49,833 bases of DNA from Methylococcaceae bacterium (GCA_050305675.1 JBNLFT010000001.1:1-49833); one strand, 5' to 3'; shown: positions 9,791 to 24,285, counted from the stretch's first letter. Numbers and translations: made by a program. The notes: a model not told the origin generated them from the sequence alone.

Positions 9791-12292
9791 ATGGCCCGCA
9801 TCTTCACGCTACTATCCGTGCTCGCGGTGATTTTAATCGTTCTGGCAGGTTACGGCGCCTACTGGTTCTCGCTGCCGGATATCCAGCGTGCGCAACTGAA
9901 GACCGCCAACGCTATGGCCAACGGTGTATCGCAGACCGTCTCCGACCACTTAGAGCAGCTACAAAACAGTGTCGACAAGCTGGCGCAAATGCCGGAAGTC
10001 GTTGCCGCATTCGAGCAGGGCAACTACAACGAGATGCGCCTGCTGGCCGAAAGGCTCGGAGCGCTGGTACCCGAGGTTCTGAAACTGCGCTTACTGCCCG
10101 CCAACGTCAATGAAACGGATCAATCGGCAATACCGCACATGGGCTTCGCCGATCTGGAAATGGCTCAAGCCACGCTCAACAATAAACAGCTTCCGGTCGT
10201 CCAGGGCGAAGGCGAACAGCGCCATCTGGCCATCACCAGTGCGGTCAACAAGGACGGCCAAGCCCTCGGGGTTATACTGGCCAGTCTGCAGTACGACTTC
10301 ATCAACAAAGCAGTCGTTGGTACCGATATTTCCGAAGGCAGAATCGAAATCAAACAACAGAATACCGTGCTGAGCAGCGCCGGCGCAGTACAGGACGGGA
10401 CGGCCAAATCCTATGAATTGCGCATTCCGAATTCGGCCTGGATCATTACGTTCTGGCCGCAACAGCAAGTCGGCGTCTCGGAATCGATATTGATCCTAGC
10501 CATCGTCGGCTTATGCGGACTGTCGGCCTGCCTAGCGTTTTTCATCGGTTACCGGAAACTGGCCGAATATTTACACCACGATCAGGCCAGCGTCATCAAG
10601 GTCACCAAGGATCTGGTCAGAGGAAAAATCGCCGGAAATTACCCGGTGCAATTGCAGGAGATGAAAACGATCATTTCCACGCTGGTTCAATATAAGCGCG
10701 TTCTCGACCAGCAAGGCGACAGCGAGCCTGAGTCCAAGGCGGAATTTGAGGACCAGTTCTTCGACGACGGGCTCGACACCAGTTTTCTCGATACTTCTCC
10801 GGTGCAAACCGCCGCTAGCGAAACGGCGCCTCTTGAAACCGGCGAACCCGTGTCGCTGCACCCCGCCGACGAGCCGCCTCCTGTGGCAGTGACTCCCTCC
10901 GTACTCAGACACAAGCCCGACAGCGACGAGATATTCAGGGCTTACGACATCCGCGGCGTTGTCGACAAATCGCTGACGCCGGATATGATGTTTAGAATCG
11001 GCCAGGCCCTGGCCAGCGAAGCCAAAGAATTGGGCGTCAAGACGCTGGTCGTCGGCAGAGACGGTCGCAAGTCCAGCCCCGCCCTGGCCGCCTCGCTGAT
11101 GCAAGGCATCACGACGACCGGTCTCGATGTGCTCGATATCGGGATGATACCGACGCCGGTGTTATACTTCGTCGCCCATCACAGCGCGGGGCGCAGCGGC
11201 GCAATGGTCACCGGCAGCCATAATCCGGCCGATTACAACGGCGTCAAAATGGTGCTCAAGGACGAAACGCTGGCCGGCAAACGCATCCAGCAGCTGAAAC
11301 ATCGTATCGACAACTCGGACTTCGCAAAGGGGCCAAGCGGCTCGGTCGAACAGAACAGCCTGTTCACCAACGAATACATCGGAATAATTTCCGAAGACAT
11401 TCATATCGTGCGGCCGATGAAAGTGGTGCTCGATTGCGGCAACGGCGCGGCCGGAGAATTGGCGCCGATCCTGCTAAAGACCTTAGGTTGCGAATTGATC
11501 GAATTGCATTGCGAAGTGGACGGCAACTTTCCGAATCATCACCCCGACCCCGGCAAACCAGAAAATATGCAGGACCTAATCACCGCGGTCAAACAGCATC
11601 AGGCCGATGTCGGTATCGCCCTGGACGGCGACGGCGACCGTTTGGGGGTTGTGGATTCGGACGGCAACATCATCTGGCCGGACCGGCAAATGATGTTGTT
11701 CGCCAAGGATGTATTGGCCGCAAAGCCCGCCACTGAAGTTATTTTCGACGTCAAATGCACGCGTCATCTGGGAGACCAAATCATCAAATACGGCGGCAGG
11801 CCTCTGATGTGGAAAACCGGACATTCGCTGATCAAGGCAAAACTAAAAGAAACCGGCGCCTCGCTAGCCGGCGAAATGAGCGGCCATATCTTTTTCAATG
11901 ATCGCTGGTTCGGGTTCGACGACGGTCTTTACGCCGCCTCGCGGATGATCGAAATTCTCTCGGCCGATACCCGCTCCAGCAGCGAGGTTTTCGCTGCGCT
12001 GCCCGATAGCGTAAATACGCCGGAATTGAACGTGGCTATGGAGGAAGGCGAAAACGTAGCGTTCGTCGAACAGGTGGCCAGCGTCGCCCATTTCCCCGAT
12101 GGCAACATCCTAAACATCGACGGCGTACGCGTCGATTTCGACGACGGCTTTGGCTTGATCAGGGCCTCCAATACCACGCCGTCCTTGGTGCTCCGCTTCG
12201 AAGCGGACAATCAACAGGCTTTGCGCCGGATACAGGAACGATTCAAACAACTGTTGCTGAGTGTCAAGCCGGATTTGAACCTCCCGTTCTAA
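9791..12292 (+). CDS. Phosphomannomutase/phosphoglucomutase (AlgC-like) with a ~370-aa N-terminal membrane/periplasmic extension
   Basis: IFRAYDIRG, TGSHNP (catalytic Ser), DGDGDR (metal loop), GEMSGH, RASNT; two N-terminal hydrophobic segments and an acidic/Pro-rich linker; conserved dut-algC-argB order. Confidence 0.92.
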   Translation: MARIFTLLSVLAVILIVLAGYGAYWFSLPDIQRAQLKTANAMANGVSQTVSDHLEQLQNSVDKLAQMPEVVAAFEQGNYNEMRLLAERLGALVPEVLKLRLLPANVNETDQSAIPHMGFADLEMAQATLNNKQLPVVQGEGEQRHLAITSAVNKDGQALGVILASLQYDFINKAVVGTDISEGRIEIKQQNTVLSSAGAVQDGTAKSYELRIPNSAWIITFWPQQQVGVSESILILAIVGLCGLSACLAFFIGYRKLAEYLHHDQASVIKVTKDLVRGKIAGNYPVQLQEMKTIISTLVQYKRVLDQQGDSEPESKAEFEDQFFDDGLDTSFLDTSPVQTAASETAPLETGEPVSLHPADEPPPVAVTPSVLRHKPDSDEIFRAYDIRGVVDKSLTPDMMFRIGQALASEAKELGVKTLVVGRDGRKSSPALAASLMQGITTTGLDVLDIGMIPTPVLYFVAHHSAGRSGAMVTGSHNPADYNGVKMVLKDETLAGKRIQQLKHRIDNSDFAKGPSGSVEQNSLFTNEYIGIISEDIHIVRPMKVVLDCGNGAAGELAPILLKTLGCELIELHCEVDGNFPNHHPDPGKPENMQDLITAVKQHQADVGIALDGDGDRLGVVDSDGNIIWPDRQMMLFAKDVLAAKPATEVIFDVKCTRHLGDQIIKYGGRPLMWKTGHSLIKAKLKETGASLAGEMSGHIFFNDRWFGFDDGLYAASRMIEILSADTRSSSEVFAALPDSVNTPELNVAMEEGENVAFVEQVASVAHFPDGNILNIDGVRVDFDDGFGLIRASNTTPSLVLRFEADNQQALRRIQERFKQLLLSVKPDLNLPF

Positions 12293-12547
12293 GGCAACCG
12301 CAACGACGGAAAACGGCATATCGAAGCCCCGCCCGCAGCCGACCTTTGCCGAGGCAATGGTAACCGAATCGGTGTCGGCAACAGGACCAAGGCGTCCCGA
12401 TGCATCGCTGCGGAATTCCCTCAAACACCCATAACGACGACGACGTCGTTCAGCCTGCCGCCCGTGTTTCGACACCGTGCCGGAATAAGGCTTCAAAAAG
12501 CCTCCGCCCTACTTTACAATGCATCCTCTTTCGTCTTCGACTGTTGA

Positions 12548-14434
<1,887 letters not shown>

Positions 14435-14516
14435 TTAGCAGAGGTAAGCGACATATTCATTGGACCGGCATCAGCAAGTATAGCCAATAAATGCATCCCG
14501 TTGGTGCCGGCCGCTA

Positions 14517-15092
14517 TTAACCGATCAGGCTCGCCAATTGCTGTAACGGCGGCAATATCATCATTTTCGCCAACTGCAACAACACCAAACCCACCAGCGG
14601 CGACAAATCGATGCCGCCCAGATCCGGCACGATTCTGCGGCACAGATTCAGCACCGGTTCGGTCAAACAATACAGGATCGAGGACGCCACGTTGTAATGG
14701 CCCGGGTCGATCCAGCTCAGGATCGCGCGGGCGATGATCGCGAAGATAAAAACATTGATCACTAACGAGATCAATTGGGTCAACGACAGGATCATCAAGG
14801 CCGGGAAGCTAATCATCAGTCCCTTGATTGCAAGAATGGAAAAATCGGCCACCATTTGCAGCAAAACGGCCAATAGCAGCGACGAGCTGTCTATCCTGCC
14901 GACCGCTGGAACATAGCGCCGCAATACCTTCAGCGGCGGATGCGTCACTTTCACCAAAAGCTGGGAAACCGGATTGTAGAAATCGGCATTGGTCCACTGC
15001 AGTAGAAAACGCAACACCACCGCCAGGATATACAAGGAAAACAGCGTATCGATCAAAAAAATCAACGGATCGGTCATGTATGTAGAATCCAT
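14517..15092 (-). CDS. yggT: YggT family membrane protein
   Basis: Two repeats: ADFYNPVSQLLVKVTHP and LTEPVL..GGIDLSPLV; directly after proC. Confidence 0.92.
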   Translation of the reverse strand: MDSTYMTDPLIFLIDTLFSLYILAVVLRFLLQWTNADFYNPVSQLLVKVTHPPLKVLRRYVPAVGRIDSSSLLLAVLLQMVADFSILAIKGLMISFPALMILSLTQLISLVINVFIFAIIARAILSWIDPGHYNVASSILYCLTEPVLNLCRRIVPDLGGIDLSPLVGLVLLQLAKMMILPPLQQLASLIG

Positions 15093-15919
15093 TATTTCTC
15101 CCCCAGTTCTTTGGACATTTCGACCGCTCTGTCGCGCGCCGCGTGCATCGCTTTCGATACCAGCTGCACGAATCCACCTTGTTCGAAAGTGGCGATGGCT
15201 TGTTGCGTCGTGCCCCCCGGCGAGGTTACCCGGGCCCGCAGTTCGGCCGGCGATTCGGCCGATTCCAACGCGATCTTGGCGGCGCCGAGCGCGGTCTGCT
15301 GTATCAGCAGCCGCGCCGTGTGCTCGCTAAGGCCAAGTTCCAGCGCCGCTTTTTCCATCGCCTCCATCAGCAGAAAATAATAAGCCGGCCCGCTGCCCGA
15401 TACCGCGGTCACCGCATCGAGTTCGCACTCGTTGTCGACCCACAGCGTCAAGCCCACCGCACGTAGAATGTTTTCCGCCAAATCTTTCTGCTCGTCATCG
15501 ACGTTGTCGTTGGCGTGCAACGCAGTGGCGCCGGTCAACACCAGTGCCGGCGTATTGGGCATGCAGCGTACGATCGCCGTTTCCCCGCCCAACCACCGCG
15601 ACAGACTGTCCTGATTGATACCGGCGGCGATCGATACCGCCAAGACCCGATGTTGCCGCACCGATGCCGCGATGGAAAGCGCCACTTCGCGCAATATCTG
15701 CGGCTTGACCGCCAAGACGACGACGTCCGATTCGCTGACCACGGTGTCGTTATTGCTGGTCACGTTGACTTTCAGTTTCGCGGCGTGCGACTGCAAGGTC
15801 TCGGCATTAATGTCGGAAACCCAAATCTGCTTGGGGGAATGTCCGCTTTCGATCAAGCCCTTTATCAGGCTGGCCGCCATGTTGCCGCCACCGATAAATC
15901 CGATTGCTTTTGTTTTCAT
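15092..15919 (-). CDS. proC: Pyrroline-5-carboxylate reductase
   Basis: IGFIGGGNMA, LAVKPQ, RCMPNTP, AVSGSGPAY, VTSPGGTT; ATG at 15919 preferred over 15934. Confidence 0.96.
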   Translation of the reverse strand: MKTKAIGFIGGGNMAASLIKGLIESGHSPKQIWVSDINAETLQSHAAKLKVNVTSNNDTVVSESDVVVLAVKPQILREVALSIAASVRQHRVLAVSIAAGINQDSLSRWLGGETAIVRCMPNTPALVLTGATALHANDNVDDEQKDLAENILRAVGLTLWVDNECELDAVTAVSGSGPAYYFLLMEAMEKAALELGLSEHTARLLIQQTALGAAKIALESAESPAELRARVTSPGGTTQQAIATFEQGGFVQLVSKAMHAARDRAVEMSKELGEK

Positions 15920-16015
15920 ACCTGTCAATGTCAAATAACGTTTTCGAACAAACGGCTATTCTACCTTAACTGCCAAGCGCTGTAACAAATCTTGACGGCA
16001 AATTCGAGGGACTCG

Positions 16016-17548
16016 CTAGCGTGCCGACAGATGCCGGAAACGGAATCCCGACAGCAACAGCGTCAGCGCATAGACCAGCGCGCCCAATCCGATCCACAGC
16101 GCCAACTGTGTGATTCGTTGCTCGGCCGCCCAATCGTTCCAAAGTTCTGCATCCACCCAGCGATACAGAAACACGGCCATAGCTTCGTTGGCGAGGACGA
16201 TGCGCAAGATAAAGATTCGCCAGTTCTTTCCCGGGCGGTAAACATTGTCTTTGAGCAAACGCCTCAATAATAGCGACGCATTAAAAAAGGCCCCCAGCGA
16301 GGTCGCCAAGGCGAGTCCGGCGTGGGCCAGCGGAAACACCAGAGCGACATTCATCGCCATATTGGCGACCATCGCGTAAACGCCGTAACGTACCGGCGTT
16401 TTGGTATCCTTGCGAGAAGTGAATCCCGGCACTAGCACCTTGACCAAAATGAAGCCCAGCAAGCCGATCGCGTAGGCGCGCAAGCTCTGTCCCGCCAAAC
16501 GGACGTCGTCGGTGCCGAATTCATGATATTGAAACAACGTCGACAGCATCGGCTCCGCCAACAGAAACAAACCCAAGGCCGCCGGCAAGCCGATCAGTAG
16601 AACCAAACGTAACCCCCAATCCAGCGACCCCGAAAACTCCTCCGGCTGGTCCGCTGCATGGTTCCTCGACAGGCTCGGCAGGATGACGGTAGCCAGCGCG
16701 ATACCGAAGACCCCCAAGGGGAACTCCACCAAGCGGTCGGAATAATAGAGCCAGGACACGCTGCCGGTTGCCAAGAACGACGCGATCAAGGTATCCAGCA
16801 ACAAGTTGATCTGGGTAACCGACACCCCGAAAATGGCCGGCAGCATCAAGGTCATGATGCGTTTGACCCCCACATCGTAAAATCCGAAACGTAGCCTTGG
16901 CAACAGACCCAACCGCAGCAACGATGGAAATTGGAACATTAGCTGTACGACGCCGGCGGCAAACACTCCCCAGGCCAGCGCCACGACCGGTTCCGGCATC
17001 AGCGGGGCCAACCAGATCGCGGCGGCGATCATGCACAGATTTAGAAAAACCGGCGTAAAGGCCGGCACTGCAAATCTTCCGTGCGAATTCAAGATTCCGC
17101 CCGCAAAGGCTACCGAGGAAATAAAGAACAAATAAGGAAACGTAATGCGCAGCATCTGCACGGCCAATTCGTACTGAGAGCCTTCCCATAGAAATCCCGG
17201 AGCAAATATCGTTATCAACACCGGAGCGGCGGCAACGCCGACTATCGTCACCAACATCAATATCAACGCCAGCGTGCCGCCGGTACGATCGATGAACAAC
17301 TTCAAGGCTTCCCGGCTTCCCTGCTCCTTGTAATCGGACAAAACCGGCACGAATGCCTGGGCAAAGGCTCCCTCGGCGAACAATCGCCGTAAAAAATTCG
17401 GGATTTTAAAGGCGACAAAAAAGGCGTCGGTCCCGGAATCGACGCCGAATATGCGGGCGAACAACATATCCCGAACGAATCCCAAGATGCGGGAAATCAT
17501 CGTCATGCCGCTGACGATTGCGGTGGATTTAAACAATTGCCTGCTCAA
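16016..17548 (-). CDS. murJ: Lipid II flippase MurJ (MviN)
   Basis: SRILGFVRD, DAFFVAFKIPNFLRRLFAEGAF, YSDRLVEFPLG; TTG at 17548 preceded by SD AGGGAG. Confidence 0.96.
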   Translation of the reverse strand: MSRQLFKSTAIVSGMTMISRILGFVRDMLFARIFGVDSGTDAFFVAFKIPNFLRRLFAEGAFAQAFVPVLSDYKEQGSREALKLFIDRTGGTLALILMLVTIVGVAAAPVLITIFAPGFLWEGSQYELAVQMLRITFPYLFFISSVAFAGGILNSHGRFAVPAFTPVFLNLCMIAAAIWLAPLMPEPVVALAWGVFAAGVVQLMFQFPSLLRLGLLPRLRFGFYDVGVKRIMTLMLPAIFGVSVTQINLLLDTLIASFLATGSVSWLYYSDRLVEFPLGVFGIALATVILPSLSRNHAADQPEEFSGSLDWGLRLVLLIGLPAALGLFLLAEPMLSTLFQYHEFGTDDVRLAGQSLRAYAIGLLGFILVKVLVPGFTSRKDTKTPVRYGVYAMVANMAMNVALVFPLAHAGLALATSLGAFFNASLLLRRLLKDNVYRPGKNWRIFILRIVLANEAMAVFLYRWVDAELWNDWAAEQRITQLALWIGLGALVYALTLLLSGFRFRHLSAR

Positions 17549-17577
17549 CGCACACTCCCTGACCGATGCTGAAAAAG

Positions 17578-17606
17578 TTGACAATCATACCATTTAAAAA
17601 GATAAT
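17578..17606 (+). promoter_or_regulatory. Sigma70-type promoter for rpsT
   Basis: TTGACA-N17-GATAAT, 40 bp upstream of the rpsT ATG. Confidence 0.75.
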
Positions 17607-17646
17607 GCACGGTTCGTATCACACTACTAACCGAAATTAATACATC

Positions 17647-17910
17647 ATGGCTAATTCACCACAAGCTAGAAAAAGAGCGCGCCAGGCTGAGAAAAGCCGT
17701 GTTCGCAACACAGGACAACGCAGCAACTTGCGCACTTTCGTTAAGAAAGTAATCGCCGCGGTCAACGCCGGCGACAAAGAGTTGGCTCAAGCCGCATACA
17801 AAACGGCTGTCCCCGTTATCGATTCAGCCGTCAATAAAGGCCTGATCCACAAAAACAAGGCCGCTCGCAGCAAAACCAGACTGAACGCAAGAGTTCGCGC
17901 AATGGCCTAA
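17647..17910 (+). CDS. rpsT: 30S ribosomal protein S20
   Basis: MANSPQARKRARQ..KGLIHKNKAARSK. Confidence 0.98.
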   Translation: MANSPQARKRARQAEKSRVRNTGQRSNLRTFVKKVIAAVNAGDKELAQAAYKTAVPVIDSAVNKGLIHKNKAARSKTRLNARVRAMA

Positions 17911-17928
17911 CACTAAAGCGGAACCCAG

Positions 17929-17966
17929 AAAAAAGCCGGTCAGCGCTCCCGCTACCGGCTTTTTTT
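17929..17966. terminator. Bidirectional intrinsic terminator between convergent rpsT and proB
   Basis: AAAAAAGCCGGT-loop-ACCGGCTTTTTTT. Confidence 0.85.
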
Positions 17967-18009
17967 ATCGTGGGCGCCGGTTGCAATCGACGCCGCCTGA
18001 ACTAGCGCA

Positions 18010-20205
<2,196 letters not shown>

Positions 20206-20244
20206 CAGATTCCTTGCGCGCTGCAGTCACAGCATCATGGCATG

Positions 20245-20502
20245 TTACGCGGCCGAAATGCTGATGTATTTCCGGTTTTTAGGACCTTTTACTTCGAAAA
20301 CCACATTTCCATCCGCCGTCGCGAACAGAGTATGGTCCTTGCCCATGCCCACGTTGTCGCCGGCATGGAATTTGGTACCTCGCTGACGAACCAGAATGTT
20401 GCCCGCTTTCACCGCTTGACCGCCAAAACGCTTCACGCCAAGCCGCTGCGCATTGGAATCGCGTCCGTTCCGGGTACTACCACCCGCTTTCTTATGAGCC
20501 AT
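20245..20502 (-). CDS. rpmA: 50S ribosomal protein L27
   Basis: [26 protein letters not shown]. Confidence 0.98.
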   Translation of the reverse strand: MAHKKAGGSTRNGRDSNAQRLGVKRFGGQAVKAGNILVRQRGTKFHAGDNVGMGKDHTLFATADGNVVFEVKGPKNRKYISISAA

Positions 20503-20520
20503 TTTCGAACCCCTTTGTGT

Positions 20521-20832
20521 TTATGCAGAAATGCCAGTAATCTTGACTTCTGTGTAGTATTGACGATGACCCATTTGTTTCATGTGGTGCTTACGTCTTC
20601 TGAATTTAATGATTTTAACTTTTTTATGCCTGCCCTGGGAGACCACTTCCGCAGTCACCTTGCCGCCTTCCACATACGGCTGACCGACTTTAACAGCATT
20701 GTCCGATTGCACCAGCAGTACTTTATCAAACTCCACGCTGTCGCCTGCCCCCAGTTCAAGTTTTTCGATTTTTAAGGTAGCACCCTCTTCGACTCGGTAC
20801 TGTTTACCACCCGTTTGAATTACCGCATACAT
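20521..20832 (-). CDS. rplU: 50S ribosomal protein L21
   Basis: [21 protein letters not shown]; true start at ATG 20832. Confidence 0.98.
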   Translation of the reverse strand: MYAVIQTGGKQYRVEEGATLKIEKLELGAGDSVEFDKVLLVQSDNAVKVGQPYVEGGKVTAEVVSQGRHKKVKIIKFRRRKHHMKQMGHRQYYTEVKITGISA

Positions 20833-20879
20833 CAGCGCAAGCTCCATCAAGCATTAAATCTGTTAAAAGAGAACAGACA

Positions 20880-20908
20880 ATTATATTTAGAATCAAAAAT
20901 GTCGTCAA
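20880..20908 (-). promoter_or_regulatory. Sigma70 promoter for rplU-rpmA
   Basis: Minus strand TTGACG-N17-TATAAT. Confidence 0.8.
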
Positions 20909-20961
20909 ACATTAATTTAGACCGCATACGACACCGCGCATAAAATAACACATCAAAGTTA

Positions 20962-20991
20962 TTGACACCAGCCCCTATTTTTAAATAGCAT
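20962..20991 (+). promoter_or_regulatory. Possible sigma70 promoter for ispB
   Basis: TTGACA-N18-TAGCAT. Confidence 0.5.
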
Positions 20992-21044
20992 GGCGGGTTA
21001 TTTTAATATTCCACTCAGGAATCGCGAAACCAAATAAATCCAGA

Positions 21045-22049
21045 ATGGCAGTAGAAGATTCACTCAACGCTTCGGCACCGATCGACTTTAATTCGATCAA
21101 AGACCTGACTGCAGCCGAAGCGAGCGCGGTCGACCGACTGATTATCGACGAACTGAGTTCCGACGTCGTACTCATCAACCAAATGGGCCATTACATCATC
21201 GGCAGCGGCGGCAAAAGGCTGCGTCCGATGCTGTTGCTGCTCGCCGCCAAGGCATTGGGTGAAGTCAACCACAACCATCTGGTGATGGCCGCGGTCATCG
21301 AGTTCATCCATACCGCCACGTTGCTGCACGACGATGTCGTCGACGAGTCGGAATTGCGGCGCGGCAAGGATTCGGCCAACGCCGTTTGGGGCAATGCCGC
21401 CAGCGTGCTGGTCGGCGATTATCTTTATTCCAGCGCATTCGAGATGATGGTCGGCACCAACAACATGCGGGTCATGGAGATATTGTCGAAGACCACGACC
21501 GCCATCGCCGAGGGTGAAGTGCTGCAACTTTTGAACTGCAACAATCCGGAAACCACGGAACAAAAATATCTGGAAGTGATCGCCCGCAAGACCGCCATCC
21601 TGTTTAGCGCCGCCACCCGTCTGGCGGCGGTGATTTCCGGCGCCGGCCGAAAAACCGAGGAAGCGCTGGCGACCTACGGCCAGGAATTGGGCGTTGCCTT
21701 CCAATTGATCGACGACGCCTTGGATTACAAAGCCAACAGCGAAGATCTGGGGAAAAACCTGGGCGACGATCTGGCCGAGGGAAAACCAACGCTGCCGCTG
21801 ATCCACGCCATCCAGCACGGCAGTAAAGAGCAGGCCGACGTTGTCATCAATGCCATCCGGCAGGGCTCGCGCGATGCGTTTGCCGAAGTCTATGCAATCG
21901 TCAAGGCCACCAACGCCATCGAATACACCGAACGCTGCGCCGACGACGCGGCGCAAAAAGCCATCAACGCATTAGATTGTTTACCCGATTCCGAATACAA
22001 ACAGGCCCTGGAATTGCTGGCCCGTTTTTCGGTACAACGAAACCACTAA
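21045..22049 (+). CDS. ispB: Octaprenyl/polyprenyl diphosphate synthase
   Basis: GGKRLRP, LHDDVVD..RRG, FQLIDDALD, GDDLAEGKPTLP; divergent from rplU. Confidence 0.95.
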   Translation: MAVEDSLNASAPIDFNSIKDLTAAEASAVDRLIIDELSSDVVLINQMGHYIIGSGGKRLRPMLLLLAAKALGEVNHNHLVMAAVIEFIHTATLLHDDVVDESELRRGKDSANAVWGNAASVLVGDYLYSSAFEMMVGTNNMRVMEILSKTTTAIAEGEVLQLLNCNNPETTEQKYLEVIARKTAILFSAATRLAAVISGAGRKTEEALATYGQELGVAFQLIDDALDYKANSEDLGKNLGDDLAEGKPTLPLIHAIQHGSKEQADVVINAIRQGSRDAFAEVYAIVKATNAIEYTERCADDAAQKAINALDCLPDSEYKQALELLARFSVQRNH

Positions 22050-22070
22050 CCGCGACGGCGGCAACCAGGA

Positions 22071-23720
22071 TCAACGGTCGCCGGTCGCACCTGCCGCTCC
22101 GGGAGCCAGCAGCTTCTCGGCCAAACCGCTGTTTCGGAGCACTTTCTGCGTTACTGCCGCCACAAAGACGTCCTCCGCGGCAACGACCTTAACCTCTTTT
22201 TTCGCCCGGGTAACGCCGGTATAAAGCAACTCTTTCGTCAACAGCGGACTCAAGCGCTCGCCCAAAACCAGCAATACGCTCTCGAATTCCGATCCCTGGC
22301 TCTTGTGTATCGTCATCGCGTAGACCGTTTCGCAGCGCGGCAGCCGGCCCGGAAGAACCGACTTGACCGTACCGTCCGGACGCATAAAGAGCACCCGCAA
22401 TTGCCCCGACGCCCGGTCTCTGAGACATAACCCGATATCCCCGTTGTATAGCTGCATCGCCGCACTGTTTTCGACCACCAGCACCGGCCTGCCGACATAC
22501 CATTGCCCTTGCGGGTCTATCCGACGTCGCTCGGCCAAGCGCTGTTCGACCCGATGATTGATATCCGCTACCGAAAGTGGGCCAAGCCGATTGGAACATA
22601 AGACATGGAAACGATTGAACTCGGCGAACACTTCCTCGATCTCGGACCCGCGGTCGATTAATCGCAGGTAACGGCTGTATTGGCGGACGACGAAGGCAAC
22701 AGGATCTTCCGATAACAGGGCGGTCGCCGAATCCCCGTTTTGCAGCAAACGCCAGGCCTGCTCGCCCTGTTGTCGGTTGATGGCGTCGGCCAGTTGTTTG
22801 ATCTCGCCTTGAAAACGGTAAGCCCTCTGCAATTCGAGCGTATTCTCGGGTAACGCGGCGGTCAAGTCCGCCAGCACCGCGCCGGCCTCGACCGAGGCCA
22901 GCTGGTCCTTGTCGCCTAACAAAATGAGCCTTGCCCCGGGCTTGAGGGCATCCACCAGCTTGCTCATCAGGGCCAAGTCGATCATCGAGGCCTCATCGAC
23001 CACCAACAAATCGTGGGCCAACGGCGACGAGGCATCGTGCCTGAAATAAGGAGATGGCGGACGCGAACCCAACAAGTGATGCACTGTCGTCACTTTGTCG
23101 GGAATAGATTGCTTGACCTGTTCCGGGCACGGCAACGCGGCGGTATTGGCGCCGATCGACTCCTGTAACCGCATTGCCGCCTTACCGGTTGGTGCCGCCA
23201 ACGCGAAATGCAGAGGCGCTTCGGCGGTCTCCAGCAGCAACGCCAGTATTTTCACGACCGTCGTGGTTTTTCCGGTTCCGGGCCCGCCGGTGACGATGCT
23301 GAAAGCTTGCGTCAAAGCCTTTCCGGCCGCCTCTCGCTGCCAGTCGACGCCGTCGCTCGCGCTACCGAAATAACGAACCAGAACATTTTCGAGATCGGCT
23401 ACCCGGTAGCGCCTGCCGCACAATCGACGGATTTGCCGGGCCAGGCGCGACTCATAAAACCAATAACGCTGGCAATAAAGCCGGTTTCGTTCCAGCACCA
23501 ACGGCGTCCGTCCCGAATCGGAAACCAAGCCGGAAGCCAGCAACAACGCTTCATCCTCCTCCGCGACCCGAAGGCAACTGTGGCCGCCGGACTGTTGCGC
23601 CGACAGTTGCGCGACCAGAGCGACGAACATTTCACGCTGCTTTCCTCGCAGCGCCGAGCGTTGACCCAAAAACCGGGCAAACGCGTAATCGAGACGACTG
23701 AAAGAGGATTCTGCAATCAT
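22071..23720 (-). CDS. recD: Exodeoxyribonuclease V alpha subunit RecD
   Basis: GHSCL, VDWQREAA, TGGPGTGKT, APTGKAAMRL, VDEASMID, GDKDQLASVEAG, MTIHKSQGSEF, ELLYTGVTRAK; ATG 23720 preferred. Confidence 0.93.
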   Translation of the reverse strand: MIAESSFSRLDYAFARFLGQRSALRGKQREMFVALVAQLSAQQSGGHSCLRVAEEDEALLLASGLVSDSGRTPLVLERNRLYCQRYWFYESRLARQIRRLCGRRYRVADLENVLVRYFGSASDGVDWQREAAGKALTQAFSIVTGGPGTGKTTTVVKILALLLETAEAPLHFALAAPTGKAAMRLQESIGANTAALPCPEQVKQSIPDKVTTVHHLLGSRPPSPYFRHDASSPLAHDLLVVDEASMIDLALMSKLVDALKPGARLILLGDKDQLASVEAGAVLADLTAALPENTLELQRAYRFQGEIKQLADAINRQQGEQAWRLLQNGDSATALLSEDPVAFVVRQYSRYLRLIDRGSEIEEVFAEFNRFHVLCSNRLGPLSVADINHRVEQRLAERRRIDPQGQWYVGRPVLVVENSAAMQLYNGDIGLCLRDRASGQLRVLFMRPDGTVKSVLPGRLPRCETVYAMTIHKSQGSEFESVLLVLGERLSPLLTKELLYTGVTRAKKEVKVVAAEDVFVAAVTQKVLRNSGLAEKLLAPGAAGATGDR

Positions 23721-23880
23721 AAACCTTGGCGACGAGGAACGTATGCTGAAAATTATAATCGCACCACCGCCGTTTCGCATCGATAGTGCTCCGCTTCGCC
23801 TCACCGACATTGATGCGTCGCGTTAACTCCGCGGTCGGAAAACAGATTCCGGTCGCGCTGGAGTAAACCTGGCAACGACC

Positions 23881-24129
23881 CTAGCCCGGACATTTCATAA
23901 AGGCGGCCTTGGTATTTGAAATGCGCGTGTAAAGCCAAAGTCTTGTGGTCAATATGACTCATGTTTATCGGGCACAGTTTGTGCCTGAATGGTTTTCTGA
24001 ACTAACGGACTTCGAATCTTGAACAAAATCACTCAAGCCGGAGCTGGCTATGGCTTTCGTGATGCTTGTCCAACCTTCTTCGCCCGATTTTCCAGAAATT
24101 CCGTTCCCTTCATGAAATATCCGGGCTAG
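23881..24129. mobile_element. MITE-like non-autonomous element (249 bp) with 23-bp terminal inverted repeats, CTAG at both ends
   Basis: Left end CTAGCCCGGACATTTCATAAAGG vs reverse complement of right end CTAGCCCGGATATTTCATGAAGG (21/23 match); no transposase; intergenic. Confidence 0.75.
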
Positions 24130-24285
24130 AGCCCCGTTTAGAAAGAAACCGCAGCAATCGCTTCCGGATTTGCCAGCGTCCAGGAAGATACACTTTCCGT
24201 TAACCCCGCACACTCGCCCGCCCGACGCGGTTGCTGTTGGTCGTGCAACCCGGCACGCCGGGAAATACCGCTAAATTCGGCTATT

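Noticed and set aside
23965-24213. 82-aa ORF overlapping the MITE
   Set aside because: Crosses the element boundary and shows no transposase features
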